A DNA stretch of 63,886 bases, counting the filler, from Bigelowiella natans CCMP2755 (Eukaryota; Protista; Cercozoa), in the NCBI GenBank assembly GCA_000320545.1. It is 4 parts of 4 records of this genome, joined end to end, with 100 filler letters (N's around TTAATTAATTAA, not from the genome) between each part and the next. Parts side by side here need not be neighbours in the genome. Positions count along the whole stretch, not along the records: positions 1 to 23,438 come from ADNK01001321.1; 3 more parts are not named here. One strand, written 5' to 3'. Within the stretch, counting starts at the first letter, position 1; every line of letters starts with the position of its first letter. The notes below the pieces were generated by a model. That model saw nothing but the letters and a program-made list of their open reading frames with translations. It had not been told where the DNA came from and searched no databases. Made by a program: the position numbers and the translations under genes. This document shows positions 1 through 11,753 of the stretch, piece after piece.

Positions 1-453
1 TGGGGGGGGGGGAGATGGTGGAAGCGGGTTGGACTTGTTTGTATATACATATACACACTGTTCCTAAGATCTTGTTTTGTGAGAACGACTCCTCCAGCTC
101 AGAGAGCTCTATCTCCCCGCTCTTATCACTGCAAATGATCATAGTCATCGTCATCATCGTCCTCGTCGTCAATGAGAAGACAGACAATAAAGAAGGGAGA
201 AGGTTGAATGGACATCATGCATATTTGGTAAAGAGGGCCTTCCTTCTTCACTTCCTACTTCTCTTCTTCTTCTACTACTACTACTACAGTACCCATCAAG
301 GACATCGAATACTTGCTTAACTCCGTAGACCTGAGCCAAGTTGTTACACGGTGAAGGCGAAGATTACAACAACTAACTGCTGCTACAAATACATCTCACC
401 ATCCTCCATTCGCCTCCCCACCCAACAGTGGACGGCATTGGCAGGTAAGATGC

Positions 454-488
<35 letters not shown>

Positions 489-1573
489 GAGGAGGAGAGG
501 AGGGAGGAGGAGTAATACCTTGGCTACTGAGAGCCGTCCTTGGCCTAATTCGTAGACGTTTTCGTCTAACGCCTGCATTCAGGAGAAGAAGTCATTTGGT
601 GATCCGGTATTATGTTGGGGTTGATGAAGCCAACGGAGGCTGGCTATTGATGGCGTCGATATCATAGATGCCGATAGTAACACGGAGAGGTAACCAAAAG
701 GAGGGAGGAGGGTTCATCGAATCGAGCGGTACATATATATATATATATATATACATACATACATAATGTCGCAATAGTATAATGGCCATTTGCCCGCAAT
801 TCGTAGAAGCGGCAATTGGTATCTGTCGGCTGAGTGTCGATCGAGTTGATGCTATTATGGGAACTATATCGGTCATTCATCTATCCTTTGCAGTGAGTGA
901 GTGAGTGAGTAAGGAACACCTTCCCCTTGGCCATGTACTCGATGGTTTTATTTGAGGTCAAGGTTGGGATGTCTAGGTAGCAGCATCAACGTGATAATGA
1001 GCACCACAATCACGATTACTACTGCTACTAATACTACGAACAACCCGTTAGATGCTTCTACGAGGAGATGTAGTGATAATTGGCGCAGCAGCGATATAGT
1101 CTCTCTCATTACCTCCGGTGAATATCGACGGGATAGTTGAGTACCTCTGCTCTTGGTTTTTTTGGATGGCTTTCCCATCAGTAGTCCCTAGCAGTAGTTA
1201 GTTAGGTGTAAGTAGTGGCCACACATTTGTTCTTCTTACTCATTGACAAGTGTTCCTTCCGAAAACCAAATGCAGTAGCAGGTGAAAGTAGGCAAGGCGG
1301 GTGGGTAGGGGGGGGGGGGGGGGAGAATCAACAGAAGCAACATGTGAATGGGTAAAATGATACCAAATTTGCACATAAATGCGGTCGCAGACTGATTGCG
1401 CTTACAAAACTCTGTAAACTCGTCCAAACCAACCCCAGTTGTGTCCCGTATGCCTATCAGAATCATCATCACCACAGAAGAATAAGATAACAACATCGAG
1501 GAGGAGAGAACGGCAGGATGGATTGTTAGCACTCACCAAGAGGAAGATGCAACGCCAAAGCACACACACACAA

Positions 1574-1618
<45 letters not shown>

Positions 1619-2807
1619 TATAATATATATGTGTATATATGTCAACTCCCCATGCTTCATCATATCGGCATCATCGCTGTGGAAATTACCACCTTTTCTG
1701 GAATTCATGACCGATCTAAACACCATGCGGGCTACTTTGGACATAAAACCATTCGTCTGCAGAGAGAAAGAAAGAGAGACTCGTCATCTTTGATAAAACT
1801 TCATTGTTGCAAACAGGATGGCCTCTTCTAAGAGGTTACCGTTTGAAGGTTGCAGCTTGTGAGCCTTGCCATCATTGTGAAGCACATATTTATCATGTGC
1901 TCTAGCTTCTCCAGGTTTAAATGCCTTTCAAAATATAGGGAAACATCGGTAGATAACATTAATCAGGTGCGTGGGAGAGGTGCAGAAAAAATATCGTTGA
2001 GAGACATTCGATTGGAAGGAAACATACAGAAAAAAAAAGAGAGGGAGAGAGGGGGAGAGGGGGAGAGAGGAAGCAGAAGGGATGGTGTGCACTATTCCCA
2101 TTTCCTACTCTTCTACGAATACTTTGTATTATCCGTGTCGAATACATCGAACAATTTCCTAGCCTGAAGACGAAAGGCCAGTATGAGAGAAAATACAATG
2201 AATCTTGGGATAAGAATGAGCTCTTAGCAGCGTTCACCTTGGCATGTAATGGACCACGAGCGGATAGGTACATCGCTACTATTATCTCTATGATATCTAT
2301 GAAGCCATCGTGGTCAGAATCAAGAATGTCGAAACCTGAAGCATAGCGTGGATTTGGATAAAAATGAACGATGTATTGTGTAGACCCAAGGTCTTTCGTG
2401 TTGCATATGTACGTCGCCCTGTGTCTTCGTTCCATATTTTCAATTCAAGTGTTAGAATCATATTCTACTCGTTTCATTTCGGCCTACCATTGGAATTTCC
2501 AAGAATCTTGGTATAGGCCTTGATGTCAGCCATACCGTCGTAATTTGACATAGCACCTGATAATACAACGAAGAATTGGAGTATGGAAACGGCAACATCC
2601 CGCTTTTTACCATTTCACAAACGCTACTACCTCTACTATTTCTACTACTTTTACGACAACGACGATTACTGCTAAAGCTGCCGTATTATGGTTACTATGA
2701 CTACCTCGGAGCCTCCTCTCCGCCGAGATAGTATCTTTGAGGTCCATCATGAAGTTTATGCAGCTTGGATGCAGCTTGTCGGGGATACGTCCTACTGCAG
2801 CACCCAT
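1..2807 (-). CDS. Multi-exon EF-hand calcium-binding protein with N-terminal MGAAVG (possible myristoylation); 3' end runs off the window
   Basis: Hand-spliced GT-AG exons give MGAAVGRIPDKLHPSCINFMMDLKDTISAERRLR|GAMSNYDGMADIKAYTKILGNSN|GFDILDSDHDGFIDIIEIIVAMYLSARGPLHAK|ARKLFDVFDTDNTK|HLNLEKLEHMINMCF... and later VYGVKQVFDVLDG|DKSGEIESSELEE. Three EF-hand-like loops are visible. The middle exons were not fully resolved. Confidence 0.8.
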
Positions 2808-3778
2808 CTTCGTGTTGTTGCTTCTTCCGTCTCTTCTACTGTGCACGAATAAGCAAGGCTTCAATGTAGGGATACGAACGTTACTCATCAAAATGTGAAT
2901 TTGCCATTCTATCGATGGTAAACTTCGAAGATCTGGAATTTGTTTATCCCTGTTCCCCCTACATCTCTATCATACTTCCTGCAAAGTTTTATCCGAATGG
3001 GGTTCCTGACCTTGAGGGCAAGTACCAACGTTATTTTCCCCCCCCAGCGCCCCTCGATGCAAGCGTTTCGGAAGGAGTGCCGAGAAAGAATAATGATTAA
3101 ATGCCGTTGATATTTCTACAAACGTCACCAAATTTTATTTGTCGCAGTACTGTATTTTCATTACGTTTAATCCCTGTACTCAAATATCACATTAGAAAAT
3201 ATTTAATGCGAATAATATCCTAAGAATTATGTAACTTTTATGATACCTTCACTTTTCTGAACATCGAAGATGGAAAAAAAATTCCACTTTTGTTGTAAGG
3301 AAAAGTATTAGGATATTATCCCCTACTACTTTTGGACTTTATGGGTATTCGCTCGTCAGCTCGTAACTCGTGATCAGTTTCCGGTAAGAAACCGTTTGTG
3401 AAACGGTTAGGTGATGATAACGCCATATTCTCTTGTGCTGTCGATGCTATGAGTTGTCGTAACTTAGGAAATAGAGGACATTTAATTGCGAAAAAACACT
3501 AGCTGCTTTGTAGTAGGTCTAACAGCTCATCACAGAAAGAAAAAAGCCCACCCGAGAGCCTCTGACCTCATGTATGTGTGTAGACCTATGTGTCGTTAGC
3601 ATGTTGCCCTCCTTCCGCACAACTCAACCGCTTGCTGATGGCCTAGCCCCCAAATTGTTATACGAGTTGAAGCAGTAGATATGAATATTATTCCGAACAA
3701 TTTTCATATTAGTCTCCTCACCTCATCGTTTCCAATCTTAGACTTCGCTAGCACAGTGTCGGAGGAGGTCTTAATGGG

Positions 3779-4852
3779 ATGGGGCGCTATATTAGATCGT
3801 CGCTCCAGCTAGAGGTAACATCCTTCATGTTTGATATCGCATTGCAACTGTGTTCTGATAAGTTTTATCGAATTACAATGAAACATTAGATACTGATGTA
3901 TCTCAACCGGTTCTACCTGCTGCTTCTTTTCGTCCTATCTGTGATCACATTTGCGTACAAAGGTGGTTGATTAGAAGTTTCGATCATATTAGTGATTTGC
4001 TGGAACATATAGCTTGTTTATCGCCCTTTCTCGTCTGAATATGCCTTGTGGACGTGCCGCAAATAGACTGGAAATTTCCCTACCCTGAAAACTATCTGGG
4101 CTTAGAAATAGCTACTTTGGTATTCTACTTTTTCGAAGAGATAGGCCGGTACAATTTTGTCCATAAGCATCCTCATCTGTCGTATTTTCATGAAATTCTT
4201 CGATACAATGTTTCTGTTTCATATGAGAGCTTTTTTCTAAAATTCTATGCATCTGAAACCTCGTGTTATAGCTTCCAACTAATTACGCCTTTTCATATCT
4301 TATATTTGCTCATCACTTCCATCAATTTCAACATCTATAGCCTCTTCATTGGGACCCATGCAAATAAGACAGAGAACCCCAAAAACATGGTAATTTCCCA
4401 TGGTACTCACCCGTAGATGTTTACTTTCTCATGAGCTCTCTTTCAGGCCCTTTTCACGTTACTGGCAATAGGAGCCTTAATGCTGAACGTCTACTTTATG
4501 AACTGGCAGACCTTCGTGTATGTGTGCGATTATATTTTGATTTTCAAGGAAATCATTATTATTTTTGACTCAGGCTTAAAATCGACCTAATTAGCCACTC
4601 TATTGCTGTGGGGATGATAGGTAGTGATTGTTGTTGTTGATGATTAAGTTTTCTTCACATTACCTTATGAATCATCCAATACTGTTAAGCTCTTCAAGTT
4701 CTCCTGGGTGTATTTTATATGCTGGCATTCATGGTACGGAATTCGTATACGTTGTTCATTACTTCGAGATAGCAATGGTAAACAATTGCATCTATTATGA
4801 CCAGGTGGTAGAAGATGATTTGGAAGAGGACGAAAGAGCGTTGCTCAGATGA
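3779..4852 (+). CDS. TMEM216: TMEM216/TMEM17-family ciliary transition-zone membrane protein (start may lie further upstream)
   Basis: Spliced exons MGRYIRSSLQLE|ILMYLNRFYLLLLFVLSVITFAYK|..FPYPENYLGLEIATLVFYFFEEIGRY..GTHANKTE..|ALFTLLAIGALMLNVYFMNWQTFV|LKIDLISHSIAVGMI|ALQVLLGVFYMLAFM|VVEDDLEEDERALLR*. This matches the family pattern (SSxxLE, LPYP, GNL/ANKxE, WQTFVLxxD/E) as I recall it. Confidence 0.8.
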
Positions 4853-6129
4853 AAGCAGCACCGAAATTGTCGCACAAAATGAATGAATGCTAGTAAAAAT
4901 AAGCATCTGCTAGTAAGTGCTGTAAAGATGCGTACTCATGTAAACATCATAGGCCTTACTTGCGACTTGGAATTAGTTAAAACAGTACGTGAGCTCATCA
5001 AAGCTAAACAAAGTAGACATTGTTGATTTTCTTAGACACATGATCTCGCATACATGCGCAGCATCAATTGCCATGCGCTGACAGCACATGCATAGCACTA
5101 GAATACATGTTTGCTGTCAAGAAACAAAAGCAATCGCTCGCATTGGCAGCATCATGACGACGTACACATGCTTGTTGGCCTCTGCTAGTCCACGTGAGAC
5201 CTTCGTCCTGTCAAATAACAAGATGCATTTCACAATTCAGAAATGTTGACCGCCAAGAAAACGCGACAGTGCAATATTTTGTCGCACTCTACATTAGCAA
5301 CATTCCCTTCAATTTGTTTGCAAAATTGCTACATTGCTTGGAATTACATGGATTCCCTGCAGAATCTCCAATGCCAACACGATGGGTGCAGCACACGCGC
5401 GCTGGATGCCGATGCGACAGTGATCAATGATGCAAGCTGATTGCGTTTAGTCACCGTAGGCCGTTACAAATTGCCCGGTAGGTCGAACCATAAGCTCTAT
5501 CTACATGTTCGATCCGCACGATGCGTGCCCCCAACAGCAAGCACAATTGAGCAAGCAATGACTGTGGTGAAAATGTGCGAGCTTTGCAAGCATGTCACAA
5601 GCAATCATTGACATCACCGTGACAATCATGGCACAATCACTGGGAAGCACCTATACTACAGTGTAAATTTTAGAACACACGATGTTGATGTACCCATCAT
5701 TACGAGGTGGGACAAGCTGTTCTCCAGGATGCTTCTCTCAAGGATGGTGGTGGGACTTTTTCTTCGGAACATCAGCAAAAAGCTCGATTCGTTTGTACGT
5801 TCGGCTGTAGTTCTTATGGAGAGACATCGGTAAAAACATGTCGCAATCTTAAAATCCCAATCCAGTCACTGTAGTCTTAATATTAACCTGAACGGAGAGA
5901 CAAGGAAAAAAACATGTCGCTTCCGTTAAATTCCGGTCATTTTTATTATTTTTTTTCGACCTGAGCGCTGTCCCCCTTCTGCTTCTCCGAGCTGTTTGTT
6001 GTCCACAGCTCCACAGCACAACAACAGCAGGGTGTCTCGACGTACACTGCTGCACGTTACAGTCGATAATACTATTCAGTAGATACCTTATCTAAAGCGT
6101 CTCATTAGTCAGAACAACGCTTACGATCG

Positions 6130-6909
6130 ATGCTCTTTCCTCCAACCGCTCGTTTCCGTCGCCTTCTCCCAAAGCTGCGACCATTTAGCAGCAGCACTGG
6201 AGTATTGCGTGAGTCGAAGGAAGTTAAGTTGCTCAGACGGGATCTGGCTGCTGCGCATCAGCTTACTGCAAGGTATAGACCACACAACATCAGGGAGAAG
6301 AGCGAATTTATTCATTTAGAGTAGACCACACAACATCAGGGAGAAGAGCGGAGTCTTTCATTTAGAGTAGTATCGAAAGGGCTCAATATCATAACCTAGC
6401 GGGTTGTCAAAGACGCAGATTCGTTTTGTACGTCCTACGAATTCGAAAACATACCATAATTTGTATTGTGTGTCGTCGTTCGTCTATGGAGGTACGGTAT
6501 GGACGATTTGGTATGGAACCATATTTCAGCACGCGTTTCAGATGAAGATGGAGGAGGCTTCTTAGTCACTCCGGTCTAATCATTAGTATTATTTAATTGA
6601 GTGTGAGAAGAAAGTGGGGTGGTGGGAAATAAGTGAGTACTAGAGACAGGGGAACATAGTGTCTAGATCATATGATATCTTTCTTCTTACTAGGCAATGA
6701 GAACTGAGTTGGTTCAAGGACATCGTATTCCTATACTGACTCTTCTCTTTGCTGCATGGAATTTCCACTTATCAGGGTACCATGATGTACGAAGAAATAT
6801 TCTCCGATGATATTCTCCACAGCTCCGAAAATGTTACCGCCAATGTCATTCATGGGGCGATCTATGAGGTAGTTTTTTCATCTAGCATAGAATTGGTCAT
6901 CACATATGT

Positions 6910-6960
<51 letters not shown>

Positions 6961-8449
6961 TTATACTTATATATTTCCCTTTTTAATCTAGCCATGAATG
7001 CTCATCATCTTTATTATCATCATCGTTATCGTATTTCGAATACCTTGTTTCCTTTGCTCCCAACTGCCTATTAACATACTATGCAGAACCGACCTGAGAT
7101 TAACGCCATAGTGCATATCCACACACACGCGGTGTGCACGGTGAGTGCATTGCCGCAGGGTCTCGAGTGCCTCGTCCAAGATGCTGCACAATTCTACGAT
7201 AACGTGGCGTATCATCCATGGTGGGAGACAACACTCAGTGGACAGCTAATCAGACACTTCGAACATCAGTCACCCGATTTTTTAAGATTTTGGAATGTTG
7301 GAATGTACCCCTCCAGCCAGCCGTATATTTGGTTCAAAGTAGTTTAATATTGAATTATAGAAGTAAGGACAAGTTGAGTAGACGAATTTTGCCTCACCCT
7401 CCTCCTCCCACTCCCTCTCTTTCTGAATGATTGTCCTATGCTGTTTCAAGGGAAGGAATCAGTGAAGACTATGCCGAACAGGTACCACCCCCCCCCCCCC
7501 CTTTCCTCTCTCCTTTCCGCTGTGTGCTATGCTGTTAACTTTGTCCTCTTCCTATCATCTCATCTCTATCTTTATATCTTAATAGATCAAGAAATACTTA
7601 TCATGTAGCTACTTCACTACCAACACAATATGATGCATGCATCATATAGCAGCACCGCACAGCCTCTTTCCCTTATATTCGCTATCCCCCCCTCCCCCCC
7701 TCCCCCCCCCCTCTCTCCATATATATATATATATATATATATAAATTATATACATATATCGTTTTCAATGCCTCCTCAGGAAAGAATAGGCAAGAGCATC
7801 GGCCCCAGTGCGATGTGCCTGATAATGCAAAACCATGGAGCTTGCACTCTTGGTAAAAGTTCACACATGCCATCATCACTATCATCGTTATCATCACTAT
7901 CATGATTTTTCAGTAACATGTTCATCATCATCTTTACTTATGTTCTTGATCAACCACAGGGAAAACTGTTGGTGAGGCATGGGTGAGAGCATACTATCTT
8001 GAGAAGGTTTGCCAAGTCCAGGTGCTACGATTCATCATCATCATCATCATTATCACCTTCATCTGTTCCCATCAATTTTCATGTTTCACATGTATTCTTC
8101 TTCATAAGGTGGCAGCCCTGGCCAATCCTTCAGGCATTATCAAGCCATCGCCTGAGGTCTTAAAACATGCAGCAAAGCAATACGAGGTAGTAAATGACTA
8201 AAATGGCGACGAGAAAGACATACAAAGTTGTCTTATTTGTGTCTTAGATGCAGTGGAATATCAACTTCTTCCATTCGTAGTCCTCAAAATTGCCAGTAAT
8301 ACTGACATAATCCCATTCATCTACTGATTGCGATTTTACTTCTCGCCTAGGGAGATTATCTACCGGGAAAATGCGAATGGCCTGCACTAGTCCGACACCT
8401 CGAGCGACAAGGAATTTTGGAGCCAATTGACGACGATGATGAAGATTAA
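6130..8449 (+). CDS. Class II aldolase/adducin N-terminal-domain protein with probable mitochondrial targeting peptide
   Basis: Exons: MLFPPTARFRRLLPKLRPFSSST..LRRDLAAAHQLTAR|YGMDDLVWNHISARV..|RPEINAIVHIHTHAVC..|EGISEDYAEQ|ERIGKSIG..MQNHGACTLG|KTVGEAWVRAYYLEKVCQVQ|..GDYLPGKCEWPALVRHLERQG..*. The metal-binding HxH and NHG histidines are present. Confidence 0.9.
6276..6367. repeat. 46-bp tandem duplication at the start of aldolase intron 1
   Basis: tagaccacacaacatcagggagaagagcg(aattta/gagtct)ttcatttagag occurs twice, at 6276-6321 and 6322-6367. Confidence 0.95.
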
Positions 8450-8538
8450 TGTGAATCCGAACATATATATGAGACGGGTGTAATGACATGAAATGATTAC
8501 ATTCTTTCAATAGTCATCCTAATGTAGCTCTGCAAAGC

Positions 8539-8579
<41 letters not shown>

Positions 8580-9031
8580 TTATATGGGCCCCTAATGTAA
8601 CTATGCATGTCTGGCGATTTCCTTCACAATGTTTAACAGAGTTCAGTAAAATCGAAGCAAAAATTCACAATGAGCGCATGTATGTATAAAATGATGACAG
8701 TATGGAGTGGTATTTTGCTATCCTAGGATGACAACACGCGCCGCATGGAGTATTGACAATTTGTAACGAGATCGCGGCTGCAGCATGGAAAGCTAAAAGT
8801 TTCATATTTCAGCCCAATCATGCATTTGTGCAATGTGTGTCCGACACTTCTGCGCGCGTTTTACTCATTCATACTCTCTAGCTGTCTTTTACCACCTGGT
8901 GCCATCTAGCCATGCTTGACGATCATGTCGTGTGTTGATTCGCGTGTGCTTCGGCACTTCAGTCATCTGTTGTGAATGCAAATGTGCACGTAGGTAGCTA
9001 GCTAGTTCCACAACTAGAGATCAACATGTGC

Positions 9032-9067
<36 letters not shown>

Positions 9068-9515
9068 GTTGCATGGTTTGCTTGTGTTCATGTGTTGGTC
9101 ACACTAGCACAGATGACCGTGAAGACCTGTGCCCACACAAATGCGAGACACATTGGGAAGGCCAAGTAATCTGTCTAACATCTCTTGTGCTAGTCCGTCA
9201 TCACCCAAGCAAACGTGCTCCTTTGTGTCTACCTGTCACGGAATCCTGCAGGCTAGCAGGGGCAGAGTCCAGGTCGCCACGTTGTTCTGCAAATTCATGT
9301 TGAGCGCCAATGATGAACATAGTGCAGGAATTCACAGCTCGTTTCATGGCTTCTAGGATGCATAGCTATGACATCACCACCATTCCCCAGATTGACCAAC
9401 ACTAGAACACGTCAACAATCTCACAGAAGCATTGAACATTGCATCAACCCGAACGAGCAAAACTCGGCTTCGGATGAGTAGAAGAAGAAGTGCTAGTTCG
9501 ATCACAAAGGAAGCG

Positions 9516-10831
9516 ATGTCGCAGGGCAAAAAAAGCATGTTTTTCGTAAATAGAGAAACAATGAGCATGTACTTCCAATTTCGAAATAATTACGATTCAA
9601 ATAGTTGTCGCATCCTGAAATCCCCCTAAATTCAAGTGTTTTCGAGGGTCCGCTCTGTGCCGACGGCTGCCCGGACAAACCCATCACCTTCGAGCTGAAA
9701 GAAGAGGGAGGGGATGGAAAAGAGACCGAGAACCCAACCCCCTCTAACAAAAAGGAACAAACCAAACAACCGAAAGCGAAAAAAGGACAGAGATGCCCCT
9801 GAGGAGGTCACCTCACAAAAACCGGTGAGCCGGTTCAGACAGGTAGAGAAGATGTTTACTGCTCCAGGCTTTGAACAGTGATATCAAACAGATCTTTGGA
9901 AACAACATTTCCAATTGGAAATTGATATTGCTTTGTTTATATTCCTGTTATCTTGATCAGTGCGATTGCCATCGTCCATCCCATTAGGTTACAAGATCTC
10001 ACAGGTATAAACCTCGCGACCCTCGCTTTGATGAAAACTGTGGGGAAGCGAAGCCGCATCTCTTCCAACAGGTTATTACGCAAATTTTTACAGCTGCAAT
10101 TTTATATTCTTGAAGTGTTAATGATTACATCATCCATTTTGTCAGGCCTACTCATTTATTGACGACATAAAAAATGAGGAGGAGCGTGAAATAACCAAGA
10201 TGATGAAGAAGGTCTATTTGTGTTTCGATATGTTCAGTTGAAATGCCTTAGTGTTATTGCTTTCAGTCTCGTTCCAAGAACACACAATCCAAGCTGCGCC
10301 AAGCGCTTGTAAAATACAAGCAGGAGAGGAAGTATTACGATCTAGAAAGGACAAAAAAATAAGACTACATCGATATAATCGAAAAACTGTGATGGTGTTC
10401 TCCTTTAGAAACATTCTTTTGTTTTTAAAACATTTTGCGAACACACTTCCTACACAAATATGAAACTAGAGTGTGTGTTCCTTTGATAGAATGAAGGAGA
10501 TGCAAGAGAAGCAACGGAAAGTCAAGTCGGAGTGGATAAAGAAGGAACGAGAACTCGTAGCGAAGGGAAAGAAGCCATTCTACTTGAAAAAGACGGAAGT
10601 GAAGCGAATTATGTTGGCCGAAAAATTCTTGACATTGAAAAAAGAAGGGCGTCTTGACAAGGTAGCATAGAGTTGCGATCTCACCGACATTAGAACGTAG
10701 TATGATATAGTGCTCATCGTTGATTCAATATTTCCTAGGCAATGGCGAAGAGAAGAAAAAAGAATGCAGCAAAAGATCATCGCTGGATGCCTCGAAAAGG
10801 CACTACATCAAGTGCACGAAAAAAAGAGTAA
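9516..10831 (+). CDS. RRP36: rRNA processing protein RRP36 (start codon uncertain)
   Basis: Exons encode CPEEVTSQKPVSRFRQV, KPRDPRFDENCGE, AYSFIDDIKNEE, KKERELVAKGKKPFYLKKTEVKRIMLAEKFLTLKKEGRLDK and AMAKRRKKNAAKDHRWMP, the characteristic RRP36 motif series. Confidence 0.9.
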
Positions 10832-11753
10832 AGAGATTCTGCTCTTGGCTGCGCAGGGCGACATGTTGCGATATCATTTTGGACTGAAGTAGACTTTGAA
10901 GATGATAGGAATACTTGTGAATCTCATATCGAATCTTGTGGACAACAATATGTAAAAATTTCCATAACCCTAATGTTGCAAATCAAATGATTGGGCATCG
11001 CCATCCAACTCTCTCACGGCGGAGAATGCTAACAAGCTAGATATAGACATCTTACTCTCTCTTTACACGTGCAGCAAAACTTGGCTTGCATAACGCAAAG
11101 CTAGCTTAACAATGTGTCGCTGGCGATCTCATTTACGTACGGCAATACTCTACGACATGCATGTAGCCTACACTTGCTTGCGCATGTGCGTGTTATTGTG
11201 GCAACTGATCGCCCTGCTAGCTAGCCTGTGATATGGAGCTGCAGACATGCATGTTATTGGCTAATGATAGATACGGGTGCATGCCAAAAAAACCACAAAC
11301 ATCGGTGTCGCACGCGGTGTCTGCTAAGGTGGCCAGGCAAATCGATGCAATTCTGCTGCAGATGTTCACGTTTTTCACTGCGGAGATGTGTAAAGACCCG
11401 CTGCACAGGACCAAAAAATGCAGGCGATGTAGCTTCCTACAACATATTCCATGATATGATTGGCTAAATATGCACATACCAATGTACTAGCCCAGCAATT
11501 TTTTTGTGGAGTACAAAGAAGGACGAACGGTGGTTTTAATAGTTTAGGCATTCATTGAGCACAAAGTTAATAATCATTCTTCATCATATGTTACATAGAT
11601 GTTGCACAGTTAAACAGCAAGCGCATGGCAACTGATATTAATGGCTTTAAAATTGGCCTCTTTCTCACTAGACTGGAGCCAAGCGCTCCCATTTGGGCTC
11701 ACTGGATGCTGCAGTGAGCTTCTCCCATCAACTAGTCTGGGAGAATCAGGTAT

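Noticed and set aside
575-660. Minus-strand frame VGFINPNIIPDHQMTSS resembling a discoidin (F5/8 type C) start
   Set aside because: It hits a stop and has no suitable splice donor to join the next exon; most likely intronic.
2915-3700. 61-aa ORF and scattered splice-like signals between the EF-hand and TMEM216-like genes
   Set aside because: I could not assemble a consistent reading frame or recognise a motif. It may hold extra 5' exons, but this is unsupported without RNA data.
5832-5920. 13-bp direct repeat aaaaacatgtcgc (5832 and 5908) upstream of the aldolase gene; TGTCGC seen near other starts
   Set aside because: Short and A-rich; I cannot show enrichment without counting.
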